A stretch of 64,000 nt of DNA from a virus: positions 58,095 to 122,094 of IMG/VR virus record IMGVR_UViG_3300023174_000077. One strand, written 5' to 3'. The notes beneath the pieces are model-generated. The model worked only from the letters and a program-made list of their open reading frames with translations. It was not told where the DNA came from and did not search any database. Below, piece after piece: positions 18,238-29,429 of the stretch (its first letter is position 1; each line of letters begins with the position of its first letter). The position numbers and the translations under genes were made by a program.

Positions 18238-18990
18238 ATGAAAAAGAAAATATCTAATTCACAGGAATTAAACCATTATTACAATTTAATTAATTTAAAA
18301 CTAAAAAAATATTCTGATATGAATATACCAGAAGATAAGATTGCTAAATATTTATCACCTGGAACTATTAATTTTAATAATTTCATCAGCGAGGATGATG
18401 ATTTAAAAGATGTTGATGGCATTGAAGTTGTATTAAAAGATATTATACAAGATACTTATGCTGCTTTTAAAGACGGTTTATTTAGAAAAATAAAATCTGG
18501 TGAAATAACAAAATTTGAAAATTATTCTATTAATGAGAATATTTTTAATTTTGATACCAATGATGATGATATTAAACAACACCAAAAAGCCTTAGCTGAT
18601 ATTTATAAATCAAGTCTTTCATATATAAATTTATTAAAAAAAGATATACATTTATATTCCGTAAATGATGAAGGGGTTGTAAAACATGTAATGGTTTTTA
18701 CTTCAACAGAACTAGAAAAAGTAAAAAATAATATTTTGAATAAATTAATTGATTCTACAAAAAATAAATCTTATTCATTTAACGATAGTGCAATTGATAA
18801 AAAAATTATGATAAAAGATATAATCAATTATGATAAGTTAAAAGAGTTATTAGATAAAGAAATAACTGAAGATGATGTTGTTGAAACAATTGCTGCCGCT
18901 AATACTGGATTAAATGTTGAAGTTAAATTCAACAAGAAATTAGAATTAAATGGCGAAACATATTTTTTATTTGAAATAGTATCAGCATAA
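18238..18990 (+). CDS. Hypothetical protein
   Basis: ORF preceded by TAATATATA at 18224. Confidence 0.55.
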   Translation: MKKKISNSQELNHYYNLINLKLKKYSDMNIPEDKIAKYLSPGTINFNNFISEDDDLKDVDGIEVVLKDIIQDTYAAFKDGLFRKIKSGEITKFENYSINENIFNFDTNDDDIKQHQKALADIYKSSLSYINLLKKDIHLYSVNDEGVVKHVMVFTSTELEKVKNNILNKLIDSTKNKSYSFNDSAIDKKIMIKDIINYDKLKELLDKEITEDDVVETIAAANTGLNVEVKFNKKLELNGETYFLFEIVSA

Positions 18991-19224
18991 TTTTTTCATA
19001 TAATTATTTTCATGATCTAAAATATTGTTTTTAAACTCTATGAGAATTTGACATTTTTCATATTCTTCATTATCTTCAAAATAGGATATCATTTTATCAA
19101 CTATATTTACATTATATGGCTTTTTATTTATATCTAAAAATTTGCCAGATTTAATTCTTTTATAATTGGTTTCCATTTGGAAATTAAATGCTGTATTTAC
19201 AAGTTTATCTAAAAAATTTTTCAT
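18982..19224 (-). CDS. Small protein with a UVR-like motif
   Basis: MISYFEDNEEYEKCQILIE resembles the UVR (E.YE.A..L) motif. Confidence 0.45.
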   Translation of the reverse strand: MKNFLDKLVNTAFNFQMETNYKRIKSGKFLDINKKPYNVNIVDKMISYFEDNEEYEKCQILIEFKNNILDHENNYMKKLC

Positions 19225-19305
19225 TTGTTATAATTTTATTAAAGATACGAAAAATTTCATTTAAAAAAGAATATGTTTTTTTAATATATAAAAATAAAAC
19301 TATTT

Positions 19306-20325
19306 ATGTCAACATATAGCACACCAGGAACACTCACATATTCAGTTAGCTATTCTAGTTTAGATGCTATGATGGCTGACTTAAAAGATAATACCAGTGG
19401 GTCTATACGTGCTATACAATTAAGAAATTCTGTATTAACATTATGGGATCGCGGTGGGGCTGGAAGTTCAGCATCAATAAGCACAATAAATTATATTAGC
19501 AATACCGCTAGCACAGCAACTATAGGTGGCTTACCAATTGGAACAAATTTTTCTACTGGTTTATCTTTACAACAGATATTCGATGCTATGTTTCATCCAT
19601 ATGTTGCACCAACAATTACACGATTAAGTTTAGGCACTTCAATAGTTGGAAGTTGGTATAATACTTTATATTTAGAAAATGGTTCTAATTTATATAATAA
19701 TATTTATATTAATTGGAATATAAATCAAGGTAGTGTTAATTTAATAGGAAATCTTGTTTTATCTAATAATAATATACGTCAATATGGCAGTTCTGGTTTT
19801 ATATATAATTTGGCTGGCGAACAATATTATAATTTATTAGCAACTCAAAGTGGTATAATTACTGTTGCTTCTCAATCTAATTCAACACAATATGTTAATT
19901 TAAGCGTTAATGATGGTATAAATACAATTGTTGCTACAACAAGTGTTGTTTTCTTAAATAAATTTTATTGGGGTAATTTTGCAACTAATCCTGCAACTTA
20001 TTCATTTACAAATGCAGATATCTCTACTCTAAATGGAGCAAGTGTTAGCTTAACTGGAATAGATGGCTCAATTGGAAATGGAAATATATTAACTAATACA
20101 AAAACACAGACATTAAATGGTATAAATGGTGCTGGAAAATATTTAGTATTTGCTTTTCCAACTTCATTTGGAACACCTGTGTTTGTAACAAATGGATTAG
20201 TAAATACCGCTTTTAGTTATACTAATTCAGTTTATACAAATATAAATAGTGTAACACAATCATATAGTATTTGGTATTCTAATACAATACAAACATCACC
20301 AATTACTTATTTTCAAATAAATTAA
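19306..20325 (+). CDS. Virion structural protein (tail fibre/appendage cluster)
   Basis: S/T/N/G-rich; QIFDAMFHPYVAP and GKYLVFAFP; paralogous to the 23163 ORF. Confidence 0.6.
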   Translation: MSTYSTPGTLTYSVSYSSLDAMMADLKDNTSGSIRAIQLRNSVLTLWDRGGAGSSASISTINYISNTASTATIGGLPIGTNFSTGLSLQQIFDAMFHPYVAPTITRLSLGTSIVGSWYNTLYLENGSNLYNNIYINWNINQGSVNLIGNLVLSNNNIRQYGSSGFIYNLAGEQYYNLLATQSGIITVASQSNSTQYVNLSVNDGINTIVATTSVVFLNKFYWGNFATNPATYSFTNADISTLNGASVSLTGIDGSIGNGNILTNTKTQTLNGINGAGKYLVFAFPTSFGTPVFVTNGLVNTAFSYTNSVYTNINSVTQSYSIWYSNTIQTSPITYFQIN

Positions 20326-20335
20326 ATTAATTAAT

Positions 20336-23113
20336 ATGTCTCAAAATATAGGAACACTTGTAACATCACCATTAAGACCAAACGATTCTTTAGATCCAAT
20401 TGCTATAATTTTTTCAAGTGAAGCAAAAGGCGGACACCACTCTTATGCTACATATGCCGACATGTTAAATGCGCAAGTTTCATATCCGACTCGTTTTGAA
20501 TTTGGTATGTTAGCAACAATTTATGCTGATCCCACCGCATCATATAATAATACATATCAATTACAATATAATTATAATAGCACATCTTCTTCAGATGCTA
20601 ATAACTGGATTCAATATAATGGAATTCCGCAAACAAAACCTATGGAATGGCAAGATTCAGTTTTGTCAAGAACTAGTTCTATTCCGTCATCTAATAAAGA
20701 TGGTGATAGATATTTAATAATAGGAACTATTTCAGGTTCTTCTTCTGCTGTTAGAAGTAATAATTGGAATGGACATGTTGATAAAATTGCTACATATGAC
20801 GCAAGAGTTAATTTTTGGAATTTTACCTTTCCTATGGAAGGTATGAGTGTTCGTGCTGACAATGAAAAAGATGTTATTTATAAATATAGTGGAATATATG
20901 CTTCTGGTGGCTCTTGGGCTAAAGAATATTTAAATCAAGTTTATTCTTTAACTGCTTCTTCAAGTGATGGCATTAATTTTACAGCTATAGCTAATTTATA
21001 TAGTTATTATAAACCATCAGTTTTTTATACAAGGTTTTTAACTGCAAGTAAAGGACCTAATTTATATTTTAATATAAATAATGTTGGTTCTGCTTCTGTT
21101 GTTAAAATTGTTGGTTCTGGAATACAAGCAGCAATTGCAGCCGGTGATTTTAATACAGATTTAGAGTATCAATTAATTTGGGATGGAACACAATTTCAAG
21201 TTCCGTATAACTCATCTGTAACAACTATTGGAAATCCTGAAACTGGAACAACTTATTCTGGTGGTGTGTACAATTGGAATACAACGCCAAGTTTTGTAAC
21301 TACAACGCCAATTGGAACGGCAATTGATAGATTTAATAAAATCTTAGCTGCTTTGGTTCCTTCAGCTTCGCCAGCTTTATCAAATATGGCGCCTTTTTAT
21401 GGATATAATGGTAGACTATCTTTTCCATTTTCTGATCCAAGTGTAAGTAATTTTAATTCAGCAACTCCATCAGTTACTTCTGGATATGGTGCTGTTGGTT
21501 TAAATGGATTATTTGCAACATCTTCAAATCGTTTAGGCGTTTTTGCAGCTACCACAAGTAGCAATCGCAATTTAACTATGTCGGGTATAATTAATTTAAA
21601 TAGTGGTGGCTCAAATACAGGCATACCTTATTATAATAATTCGTTTGCTGATGGAAATCAAGGATATTTATATTTGGTAGTAAATGGTTTGACTGTATCA
21701 ACTGCAACTTTATCTAATATAGCAGCAATAGATACTACTAATGGAAGAACTAGGCCTGGATTTATATTAGGAGCTGCTACTGCTTCAAAATTTGCAACAG
21801 GTGCGGCGTTTGAATTATTTTGGGGTAGAACTGGTTCTTATTTTATTCCAAGTGGTTCTTATTTAGGGCCATATACATATACTGCATCAATTGGTTTAAC
21901 AGCAAATTCTTATGGATTTACAAGAGGATATAATTATGTAAAAATAGTGCAAAATACAACAACAAATATAATAAATGTGTCAGGTATAGATTTTATTTTA
22001 GATGATAATCCAACAACTGTGACTGTTACGGGTCCTTCTTTAAATGTTAACACTTATTATTTGGATACAAACTATTTATCAGGCATAATATATTATAATA
22101 AACTTCAAATTACATTTTACGCAAATATTATTTCACCATATGCGAATGTTTATGCTGATGGTAATGCAATAACTATTTCTGATTATTCGTCAACTAATGC
22201 AAGTCCGTATCCAAATATTCCTGATCAACTATTACCATTACCTTCTTTAACACAAAGTTCAAATTTCAATTCTTTAAGTGTTCAAACCACAACTATAACT
22301 ATAGGACCTGGAGAACAAAGTCTAAGAAGAATTGATGATTCTATTGGTTTGTATGTAAAACAAGTTAATAAACCAGCAGCAAATAATGGTTGTTTTACTT
22401 TTTCAACTGCTGCTGGCTATTCTATAAATAGAATTGTTTTTGATAACTTTATTACTGTTCCATCAATAGGTAGTACTGAATATTTTAGAGAAGAAAGTTA
22501 TAGAATAAAATCAGGACTTGCTTATGATACTATTGCTTCTATAACTAATAACCCTTATTCATCAACTGCATCTTTGGCTACAACCAATACATCTGATTTA
22601 CAAATTTATAATGGTGGATTAAGATATCCAACTATAAACTTTCAAACTATTGGTGTTAGTAGTGATACTAACCGAAATATAATATATCCAGAAACTAATT
22701 ATTCTGTCTGCACTGGAACTAGATATTATAATAGATACTTTTATTATTCTACACTACTTGCTGCATATTATCAATTTAATATAAAATTTAGTGGTTCAGC
22801 TAGTATTATAAGTACAACAAATTCATTCACTAACGGTACTAATCAAATAAAAGTAGAAGTAAAATTACCAGGTGTTACGGGATGGTTAGATACGGCTACT
22901 AAATTAAATACATTAACATATCCAAGTCCTATTGATGGCGCTGGCTGTTTGGATCCAAGTAGTAGTACAATTATTGGTGGTTCTGGTTATAATATACAAA
23001 CAGGTTGGCCAGGAGTAAATTTAAATACAAGTAGTGGCTATATTGTGATGAGAATAACAGCTCCGCAAGGTTGGACTGGTTATCTTACACAAAGTGTAGT
23101 AACTCCTTATTAA
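20336..23113 (+). CDS. Large virion structural protein (fibre/appendage)
   Basis: 925 aa, S/T/G-rich; internal WQDSV...GDRYLI...W.GH..KIA...W.F..P.EG segment (DUF2793-like). Confidence 0.6.
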   Translation: MSQNIGTLVTSPLRPNDSLDPIAIIFSSEAKGGHHSYATYADMLNAQVSYPTRFEFGMLATIYADPTASYNNTYQLQYNYNSTSSSDANNWIQYNGIPQTKPMEWQDSVLSRTSSIPSSNKDGDRYLIIGTISGSSSAVRSNNWNGHVDKIATYDARVNFWNFTFPMEGMSVRADNEKDVIYKYSGIYASGGSWAKEYLNQVYSLTASSSDGINFTAIANLYSYYKPSVFYTRFLTASKGPNLYFNINNVGSASVVKIVGSGIQAAIAAGDFNTDLEYQLIWDGTQFQVPYNSSVTTIGNPETGTTYSGGVYNWNTTPSFVTTTPIGTAIDRFNKILAALVPSASPALSNMAPFYGYNGRLSFPFSDPSVSNFNSATPSVTSGYGAVGLNGLFATSSNRLGVFAATTSSNRNLTMSGIINLNSGGSNTGIPYYNNSFADGNQGYLYLVVNGLTVSTATLSNIAAIDTTNGRTRPGFILGAATASKFATGAAFELFWGRTGSYFIPSGSYLGPYTYTASIGLTANSYGFTRGYNYVKIVQNTTTNIINVSGIDFILDDNPTTVTVTGPSLNVNTYYLDTNYLSGIIYYNKLQITFYANIISPYANVYADGNAITISDYSSTNASPYPNIPDQLLPLPSLTQSSNFNSLSVQTTTITIGPGEQSLRRIDDSIGLYVKQVNKPAANNGCFTFSTAAGYSINRIVFDNFITVPSIGSTEYFREESYRIKSGLAYDTIASITNNPYSSTASLATTNTSDLQIYNGGLRYPTINFQTIGVSSDTNRNIIYPETNYSVCTGTRYYNRYFYYSTLLAAYYQFNIKFSGSASIISTTNSFTNGTNQIKVEVKLPGVTGWLDTATKLNTLTYPSPIDGAGCLDPSSSTIIGGSGYNIQTGWPGVNLNTSSGYIVMRITAPQGWTGYLTQSVVTPY

Positions 23114-23162
23114 TAAGTAAGACATTTAAAATTTAATATATAAAATAAATAATAAATTTTAA

Positions 23163-24509
23163 ATGGGTTTAACTCCACTTACACAGACAAATATTGCATT
23201 TAAAAATATAATCGGTCAAGCACTAGGCGCAACCGCTAATGACTGGTATGTTGAGACTAAACCTATAAGTTTTAATATAGGTTCTGATACAGTTTGGTTA
23301 GATACAATTAGTTCAACGCCTTCTATTGCTGTTGCTGCTAATGTAGCATTAAATGTCGTGGCTGGTATGACAGGTATAAGCGAAACTATAACAGCAGGTC
23401 AATACCATGCTTATTTATTAATTTGGCCTCCAACGGCACCAAGTGGAACTGATTCTGTAACAGGAAACAGTTACTCTTATGGGAATGGTTCTTTAAGTGG
23501 TATCTATGCTGGTAGCACAGTTAGAAATATAATTCCCGATAAATATGGAGTTGGCTATCGTCCTGCTATTACATTGACGGATAATACAACTTTAAATCCA
23601 AATGATTCTCGTTCTTGGTATTTACAATATAATGCGGGTGTTTATTACCAAGATATTATTGCTTCACCAAATCCAGCAACAGCTTCGGTCTATGTTTATG
23701 TTGGCAATACATTAAAATCTCGTCCTAATACACCATATACAAATACTAATTTATCACAAGTATCAGTAGGTGGTATAACACCATATACTTCATTTAATAC
23801 GGTTACTAATAATAGCATTTTTGATATGTTATTATATCCATCATTACAACCAAGTTTTAGTTCATTTACTATACAAAATGTTTCTTCGCCTTATGAAGTT
23901 GGGTATAATCAACTTTTAGGTAGTTATACTATGAGTTGGACTATAGCAAATTCTGCAAGTATTACTTCTAATAGTATTTATATTTATGGTATAACTGGTT
24001 CAAGATTATATGGACCAACAAGTAATAGTGGGATATTATCAAATACTTTTTCTGCCGTAGTTTATTCAATCCCTACAACTATAACTTATAGTATAACAGC
24101 ACAAACTACTGCTGGAATTATAATTCAATCATATTATAATATAAAGTGGAACTATGGTGTATATTATGGTGCCTCTACACAATCTTTATTAACAACTTAT
24201 GGTGGATTTTATTCATATCAAAAAAATTTAACTGGTGTAATAAATGGTAGTTATATATTACCGGGTGGAACATTTTCTACATATAAATATATTTTAGTTC
24301 CAGATTCATTTTCTGCAATTAATAATATAACTTGGAATAATATACCATTAGCTATGGCTGATAATACAGATGGATATACTTCAAGTGCAAATAATTTATA
24401 TTATAATTATGTAAATTTTAATAATTTTCAAGGAATTTCATCTAATTATAAAATATATAGAACTAAGAACATGATGGCAGCAACGATGTCAAATGTAATT
24501 ATTTCATAA
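23163..24509 (+). CDS. Virion structural protein
   Basis: S/T-rich; IFDMLLYP and YKYILVP motifs shared with the 19306 ORF. Confidence 0.6.
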   Translation: MGLTPLTQTNIAFKNIIGQALGATANDWYVETKPISFNIGSDTVWLDTISSTPSIAVAANVALNVVAGMTGISETITAGQYHAYLLIWPPTAPSGTDSVTGNSYSYGNGSLSGIYAGSTVRNIIPDKYGVGYRPAITLTDNTTLNPNDSRSWYLQYNAGVYYQDIIASPNPATASVYVYVGNTLKSRPNTPYTNTNLSQVSVGGITPYTSFNTVTNNSIFDMLLYPSLQPSFSSFTIQNVSSPYEVGYNQLLGSYTMSWTIANSASITSNSIYIYGITGSRLYGPTSNSGILSNTFSAVVYSIPTTITYSITAQTTAGIIIQSYYNIKWNYGVYYGASTQSLLTTYGGFYSYQKNLTGVINGSYILPGGTFSTYKYILVPDSFSAINNITWNNIPLAMADNTDGYTSSANNLYYNYVNFNNFQGISSNYKIYRTKNMMAATMSNVIIS

Positions 24510-24528
24510 AATAAAATAAATAATAAAA

Positions 24529-25260
24529 ATGCCAGGATATACAGGGTCAATACCACTTACAGGATTTATAGCACCAAGCGATACAGCAGATACTTATGCA
24601 GTATTGGATCCTTTATTTGGAATAGACGGATTGAGAAATGTAAATTCATTAGCTGAAATGTATGCTATACCTGCTGGTAGAAGAAGACAAGGTATGGTAG
24701 TTGGTGCTGGTGGTAACTATTATAAATTAAGAAGTAGTCCTTGGAATTACGATTCAACTGATTGGGATTTATTTATAACACCACCTTCAACAGGAACTAC
24801 TACAACAACTCAGAATTTAATAACATCTGGTACCGTTAGTGTGCCAGCTAATTATCAATATTTAGTATATGGTGGATTGCAAATAGGAGCTGGTGGTGCA
24901 TTACAAAATAGTGGTAGTGTTGTTATAATAAATGGAACTTTATCATTTACAGGTAATGGAACCTATTCTGGTGCTGGAAAACTTATTTATTTAACTGAAT
25001 TAAGTAGAAATACAGAATTACTTGGACCAAATCCAAATTGGAATACAACACCACCAAGTGTTAAATATTCTGCTAGTTTTAGTAGTACAGCTACAGTTCC
25101 TTTAACTATAACACATAGTTTAGGAACTACTGATATTGTTTATTCAGTAAGGGAAAATAATAATTTTATCACAGCTAATGTTGAAATAAATGATAGTAAT
25201 TCAATAAAACTTACTACAAATTCTTCTGTCGCTAATGGACGCATAAATATAATAGGTTAA
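24529..25260 (+). CDS. Virion structural protein
   Basis: N-terminus resembles that of 20336 (P.D..D.. / RR.GM); C-terminal TITHSLGT motif shared with 25263. Confidence 0.55.
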   Translation: MPGYTGSIPLTGFIAPSDTADTYAVLDPLFGIDGLRNVNSLAEMYAIPAGRRRQGMVVGAGGNYYKLRSSPWNYDSTDWDLFITPPSTGTTTTTQNLITSGTVSVPANYQYLVYGGLQIGAGGALQNSGSVVIINGTLSFTGNGTYSGAGKLIYLTELSRNTELLGPNPNWNTTPPSVKYSASFSSTATVPLTITHSLGTTDIVYSVRENNNFITANVEINDSNSIKLTTNSSVANGRINIIG

Positions 25261-25262
25261 AA

Positions 25263-28055
25263 ATGAGTGTTAATAAAATATATAATATACAAGAATGGCA
25301 GCAAATTGTAACAGCAGTTACACCAAGTGCATCTGCTAGTATTATTTACCCAAAAACAGATGGTAAATGGTATTATATGAATAATGATGGTGTTGAAAAA
25401 ATAACATCATTGTCTTATAATGTTGGAAATGGTTTAACTTCTAGTACTGCTTCTGGATTATATAATTTTAATTTATCTGTTAATATTGACGGATCTAGTT
25501 TGACTTTTTCTAATTCAAAAATATCAGTAGGTTATTTAACATCTTCCGTTTTTTCTAAATTTGGTCCAGCAACAGCAAGTTATATATTATCTGTGAATAG
25601 CTCTGGAAATCCAATTTGGATTCCTAATGTTAGTGGTGGTATAAATGGTACAGCAGGATGGATTGCTAAATTTAATGATGTTAATTCTGTAACAAATTCT
25701 AATATTTATGACAGTAATACATATATAAGTATGTTTACATCATCTAACAGTGCAACATCTCCTAAATTATTCGTAAATGGCTCAATTGATGCTTCTACAT
25801 ATTATATAAATTCTAATTTAACAAATGGTATTTCTATTACAACTACAAATCCAGCAAGTGGTAATATATTACAAATAACTACACCTAATTTTGTTATTAC
25901 AGACGGCTCTGCTAATTTAATTAGTGGTTCTGGAAGTAGCACAACTGGTAATACACTTAATTTATTAAATGTTGTTACAGTAAAAGCTACAGCTTCAAAT
26001 AATGCAACATCTTCAGTTATACTTCCTTTTGTTAAATTAGTAGGTATTGGTACAGCAAGTCCTTCACATTTATTTACTATATTTGCCACACAATCAGCTT
26101 TTAGATTAGTTGACGGATCTCAAGGTGCTAATAAATATTTAGTTTCTGATGCAAATGGTGTTGCGACATGGCAATCATTAGTAATAAGTGGAAGTGTTTC
26201 GTTAAATTTAGCTACTGCATCTGGTTTAACAGTTAGTAATTATGTATATTCTATTTTACTTAGTCCAAATTCTGGATTAACTTTAAGTAATTCTGGATTA
26301 GCAATAAATCCTTCTGCTGCTGGTTATGGTTTAACATTCAGTAACGGAAGTTTTAGTTTTATAGGAAATATAAGTATAAATACAGGTAATGGTTTAACAT
26401 ATTCTGGAAATACTTACTCTGTAAATCTTGGGATAAATAGTGGTTTAACATTTAGTGGCTCCTCTGTTTTATTACAGCTTGGTAGTGGACTTGCTATAGT
26501 AAATGGTGCTCTTGCTTCTTCCGGTGCAACCATACAAAATGGTATTACGAATTCAATTCCATATTATGATACAACTACTACTTTAGGTAATTCTGTTATG
26601 TCGCAAATTGGAACTAATATATTAATTGGCACAACATCAAATATCGGTGGTAAATTATATATTGCTGGTTCATTTAGTTCAACAGGAAATGCAATTATCA
26701 ATAATATCAATATTGGTAGAGGCGTTGGAACTACTAATTTAATTTTTGGAAACACTCGTTTAGCAACTTATGGAACACCTGGTATATATAATATAGCTAT
26801 TGGTGATAATTCTTTGAATTCGAATAATCTTGGCTCAAATAATAATATAGCAATTGGTTTAACAGCTTTAGCTAATTTAACAAGTGGAAATAATAATATT
26901 GCAATAGGTAATTATGCTGCAATTAATTCAAATTCAAGAGATTCTGTAGCTATAGGTTATAATGTTGCTAAAAATTTGGGAGATGAAAGTGTTGCAATAG
27001 GTGCCTCTGCAGGTAAAGCCGGTAATCAAAATATATCAATAGGTTATTATAGTGGTGCTAGTGTACTAAGTTCTTATAATGTATTTTTGGGTTATAGATC
27101 TGGTATTAGTTTTCTTGGTAGTTATAGTATTTTTATTGGTGGGTATGATTCAAATGTTTCAACATCAAATAATATATTTATTTCTGATGGTGCTGGAAAT
27201 TTAAGAATTTACTCTCCTGCTTCGGGTAATGTTTTAGTTGGAACAACATCTGAAACAGGAAGCAAATTAGTAATAAATGGTAGTGCATCATTTTTTGGTA
27301 ATTTACAAATTATTGACGGAACACAAAATGCCGGAAAAATACTCATATCTGATATAAATGGTAATACAAGTTGGTTTATACCAGTTGGTTTGGGTATGAC
27401 AATTTCTGGTTATACATTCTCAGTTAATTTACAATCTAATTCAGGTTTAATGGTTGATATGACTGGATTAGCTGTTAATTCAAATATCGCTAATATAGGT
27501 TTGTTATATTCAGCAGGTAGTATGTCTGTTAATCCAAATATTGCTGGTTATGGTTTAACATTTGGTGGTGGTAGTATGTCATTTACTACAAATATAAATG
27601 CTTTAGAAGGATATTTACCATATTTCAATACTACTACTTCATTAACTAGTTCGGTTATTTATCAAACAGCATCGAATATATTAATTGGTACAACATCAAA
27701 TATAGGAGCAAAATTAGTAGTTAATGGTTCAGCTTCTTTTTATGGTGGATTAAGAATTGCTGATTCTACTTATGGTATTAATAGGGTTTTAACTTCTGAT
27801 TCACAAGGTTATGCTACTTGGCAATCTTTGACCGCTTCTGGTGGTTCATTAAAATACTCAATGACGCAATCTTTTGTTGCAAATACACCGGCTACTATAA
27901 CACATAATTTGAATACAATGTTTTATATAATTCAATTATTTGATTATAATACAGGTGAAGAAATAATGGGTGGATATTCAAGTCGTACTTCAACACAAGT
28001 TACAATAACATTAAATACAAGTGTAGCAAATTGTGGAATAGTAATTATTGGGTAA
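25263..28055 (+). CDS. Tail fibre-like protein with beta-repeat segments
   Basis: Repeated GLTFS, NIAIG (adhesin-head-like), DGSQGANKYLVSDANGVATWQ / LTSDSQGYATWQ; C-terminal TITHNLNT. Confidence 0.7.
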   Translation: MSVNKIYNIQEWQQIVTAVTPSASASIIYPKTDGKWYYMNNDGVEKITSLSYNVGNGLTSSTASGLYNFNLSVNIDGSSLTFSNSKISVGYLTSSVFSKFGPATASYILSVNSSGNPIWIPNVSGGINGTAGWIAKFNDVNSVTNSNIYDSNTYISMFTSSNSATSPKLFVNGSIDASTYYINSNLTNGISITTTNPASGNILQITTPNFVITDGSANLISGSGSSTTGNTLNLLNVVTVKATASNNATSSVILPFVKLVGIGTASPSHLFTIFATQSAFRLVDGSQGANKYLVSDANGVATWQSLVISGSVSLNLATASGLTVSNYVYSILLSPNSGLTLSNSGLAINPSAAGYGLTFSNGSFSFIGNISINTGNGLTYSGNTYSVNLGINSGLTFSGSSVLLQLGSGLAIVNGALASSGATIQNGITNSIPYYDTTTTLGNSVMSQIGTNILIGTTSNIGGKLYIAGSFSSTGNAIINNINIGRGVGTTNLIFGNTRLATYGTPGIYNIAIGDNSLNSNNLGSNNNIAIGLTALANLTSGNNNIAIGNYAAINSNSRDSVAIGYNVAKNLGDESVAIGASAGKAGNQNISIGYYSGASVLSSYNVFLGYRSGISFLGSYSIFIGGYDSNVSTSNNIFISDGAGNLRIYSPASGNVLVGTTSETGSKLVINGSASFFGNLQIIDGTQNAGKILISDINGNTSWFIPVGLGMTISGYTFSVNLQSNSGLMVDMTGLAVNSNIANIGLLYSAGSMSVNPNIAGYGLTFGGGSMSFTTNINALEGYLPYFNTTTSLTSSVIYQTASNILIGTTSNIGAKLVVNGSASFYGGLRIADSTYGINRVLTSDSQGYATWQSLTASGGSLKYSMTQSFVANTPATITHNLNTMFYIIQLFDYNTGEEIMGGYSSRTSTQVTITLNTSVANCGIVIIG

Positions 28056-28133
28056 TTAAACAAATATAATATTTTTTAATATAGATAGGAGAACAAAAAT
28101 AACTTATATATATTAAAAAATAATTATATTTTT

Positions 28134-29069
28134 ATGGAACAAGAACAAAAGAATATGACCGAAGAAGATTACCTTAGAAGGCATCTTGAAAAATTTGAGA
28201 AAAATAAAACAACAATTGAACCTTCTAATCTTCCTAAGCAACAAAAAGACAATTCCCGCTTTACAGATTTACAATATCAATCTTTTGATTGTGGACTTTT
28301 TCCTTGCGGAATGTTTTATCCAATAGGAACAACTATTAAAATAAGACCAGCATCAGTTAAAGAAATTCAAGCATATTCTATGGTTGATGACAATAATTTT
28401 CCTGATATTATTGATAAAATGAATGATATGCTTATGGCATGTGTTCGTGTTCAATATCCTAATGGTGATATGGCTTCTTATTTAGACATCAAAGAACAAG
28501 ATAGAATCTATATTTTATTCTTGATAAGAGATTTAACATTTCAACAAGGCATGTATTTAACGGTAAATAAAGAATGTAGTTGTAAAAACGAAGTTTCGGT
28601 AGAATTAAAACCTTCTAATTTTGTATATTTTGATTTAAATTCAACTATGGAAAAATATTTTGATTCTTATACAAGATGTTTTATTTTTGATTACAAAGGA
28701 CAAGAATTTAGTTTAACAATGCCAAATATAGGAATACAAAAATCTTTTACCGAATATATTACAGAAGAAGTTAATCAAAAGAAAGATCCAAATTTAAGTT
28801 TCTTGAAAATTATGCCTTTTTTACTTGGTGATAGAAATAGTATTGATAAAAAAGAGATTAAAGAACAATTAAAAACATTCCAATCACTTTCCGTTGATTC
28901 ATTTCAATTTTTAAATTCCGCAATAAATCATATGAAATTTGGCATTGAAAAATTAAGAAAAAATTGTGATATGTGTGGCAAAGAGGTCCATACTGAAATG
29001 GTATTTCCCGACGGAGCGTCAGGTATTTTCGTTATTCATGATGCCTTTGAGAGATATTTTGAAGAATAA
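28134..29069 (+). CDS. Baseplate hub subunit, T4 gp26-like
   Basis: IRPASVKE, DRIYILFLIRDLT, CSC and CDMCG; upstream of gp51-like and tail-tube genes. Confidence 0.6.
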   Translation: MEQEQKNMTEEDYLRRHLEKFEKNKTTIEPSNLPKQQKDNSRFTDLQYQSFDCGLFPCGMFYPIGTTIKIRPASVKEIQAYSMVDDNNFPDIIDKMNDMLMACVRVQYPNGDMASYLDIKEQDRIYILFLIRDLTFQQGMYLTVNKECSCKNEVSVELKPSNFVYFDLNSTMEKYFDSYTRCFIFDYKGQEFSLTMPNIGIQKSFTEYITEEVNQKKDPNLSFLKIMPFLLGDRNSIDKKEIKEQLKTFQSLSVDSFQFLNSAINHMKFGIEKLRKNCDMCGKEVHTEMVFPDGASGIFVIHDAFERYFEE

Positions 29070-29295
29070 ACTTTTGCTTCAAGAAAACTTTCATACTAGT
29101 GAAATAAGTATGGATGATTGGGCATTTTGGCAATTTGAAGAAAATATAAAAGTTGCAAATTCAATTATAGAAGAAAAAGACAAAGCAAGGAAAAAGGACG
29201 AAGAAGAACAAAGAAAAAATATGCCAGGTATGCCAAATATGAATATGAATGGCTTTAATAATATGTCAAGTATGATGAATAAATTTAAAAAGTAA
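29038..29295 (+). CDS. Baseplate hub assembly protein, T4 gp51-like
   Basis: KNKLLLQENFHTSEISMDDWAFWQFEENI resembles the N..L...h..s..e.e.m.pWE pattern; likely start at ATG 29038 or 29041. Confidence 0.5.
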   Translation: MMPLRDILKNKLLLQENFHTSEISMDDWAFWQFEENIKVANSIIEEKDKARKKDEEEQRKNMPGMPNMNMNGFNNMSSMMNKFKK

Positions 29296-29318
29296 CCAAT
29301 TGGTTACTTTTTAAATTT
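29281..29318. terminator. 38-bp perfect palindrome overlapping the gene end; probable terminator
   Basis: AAATTTAAAAAGTAACCAA/TTGGTTACTTTTTAAATTT. Confidence 0.6.
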
Positions 29319-29429
29319 TAAAATTATTTTATATTAATAAATTTTAAAAAGTTGATAATACAGAGGTTTTTATTTTTTATATATAACATATAACTAGAGA
29401 TATCTAGTATTAAAAATAATATAAAAATT

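Noticed and set aside
28966-29069. Programmed frameshift between the gp26-like and gp51-like ORFs
   Set aside because: The overlap is explained by an internal ATG at 29038/29041; no clear slippery heptamer identified
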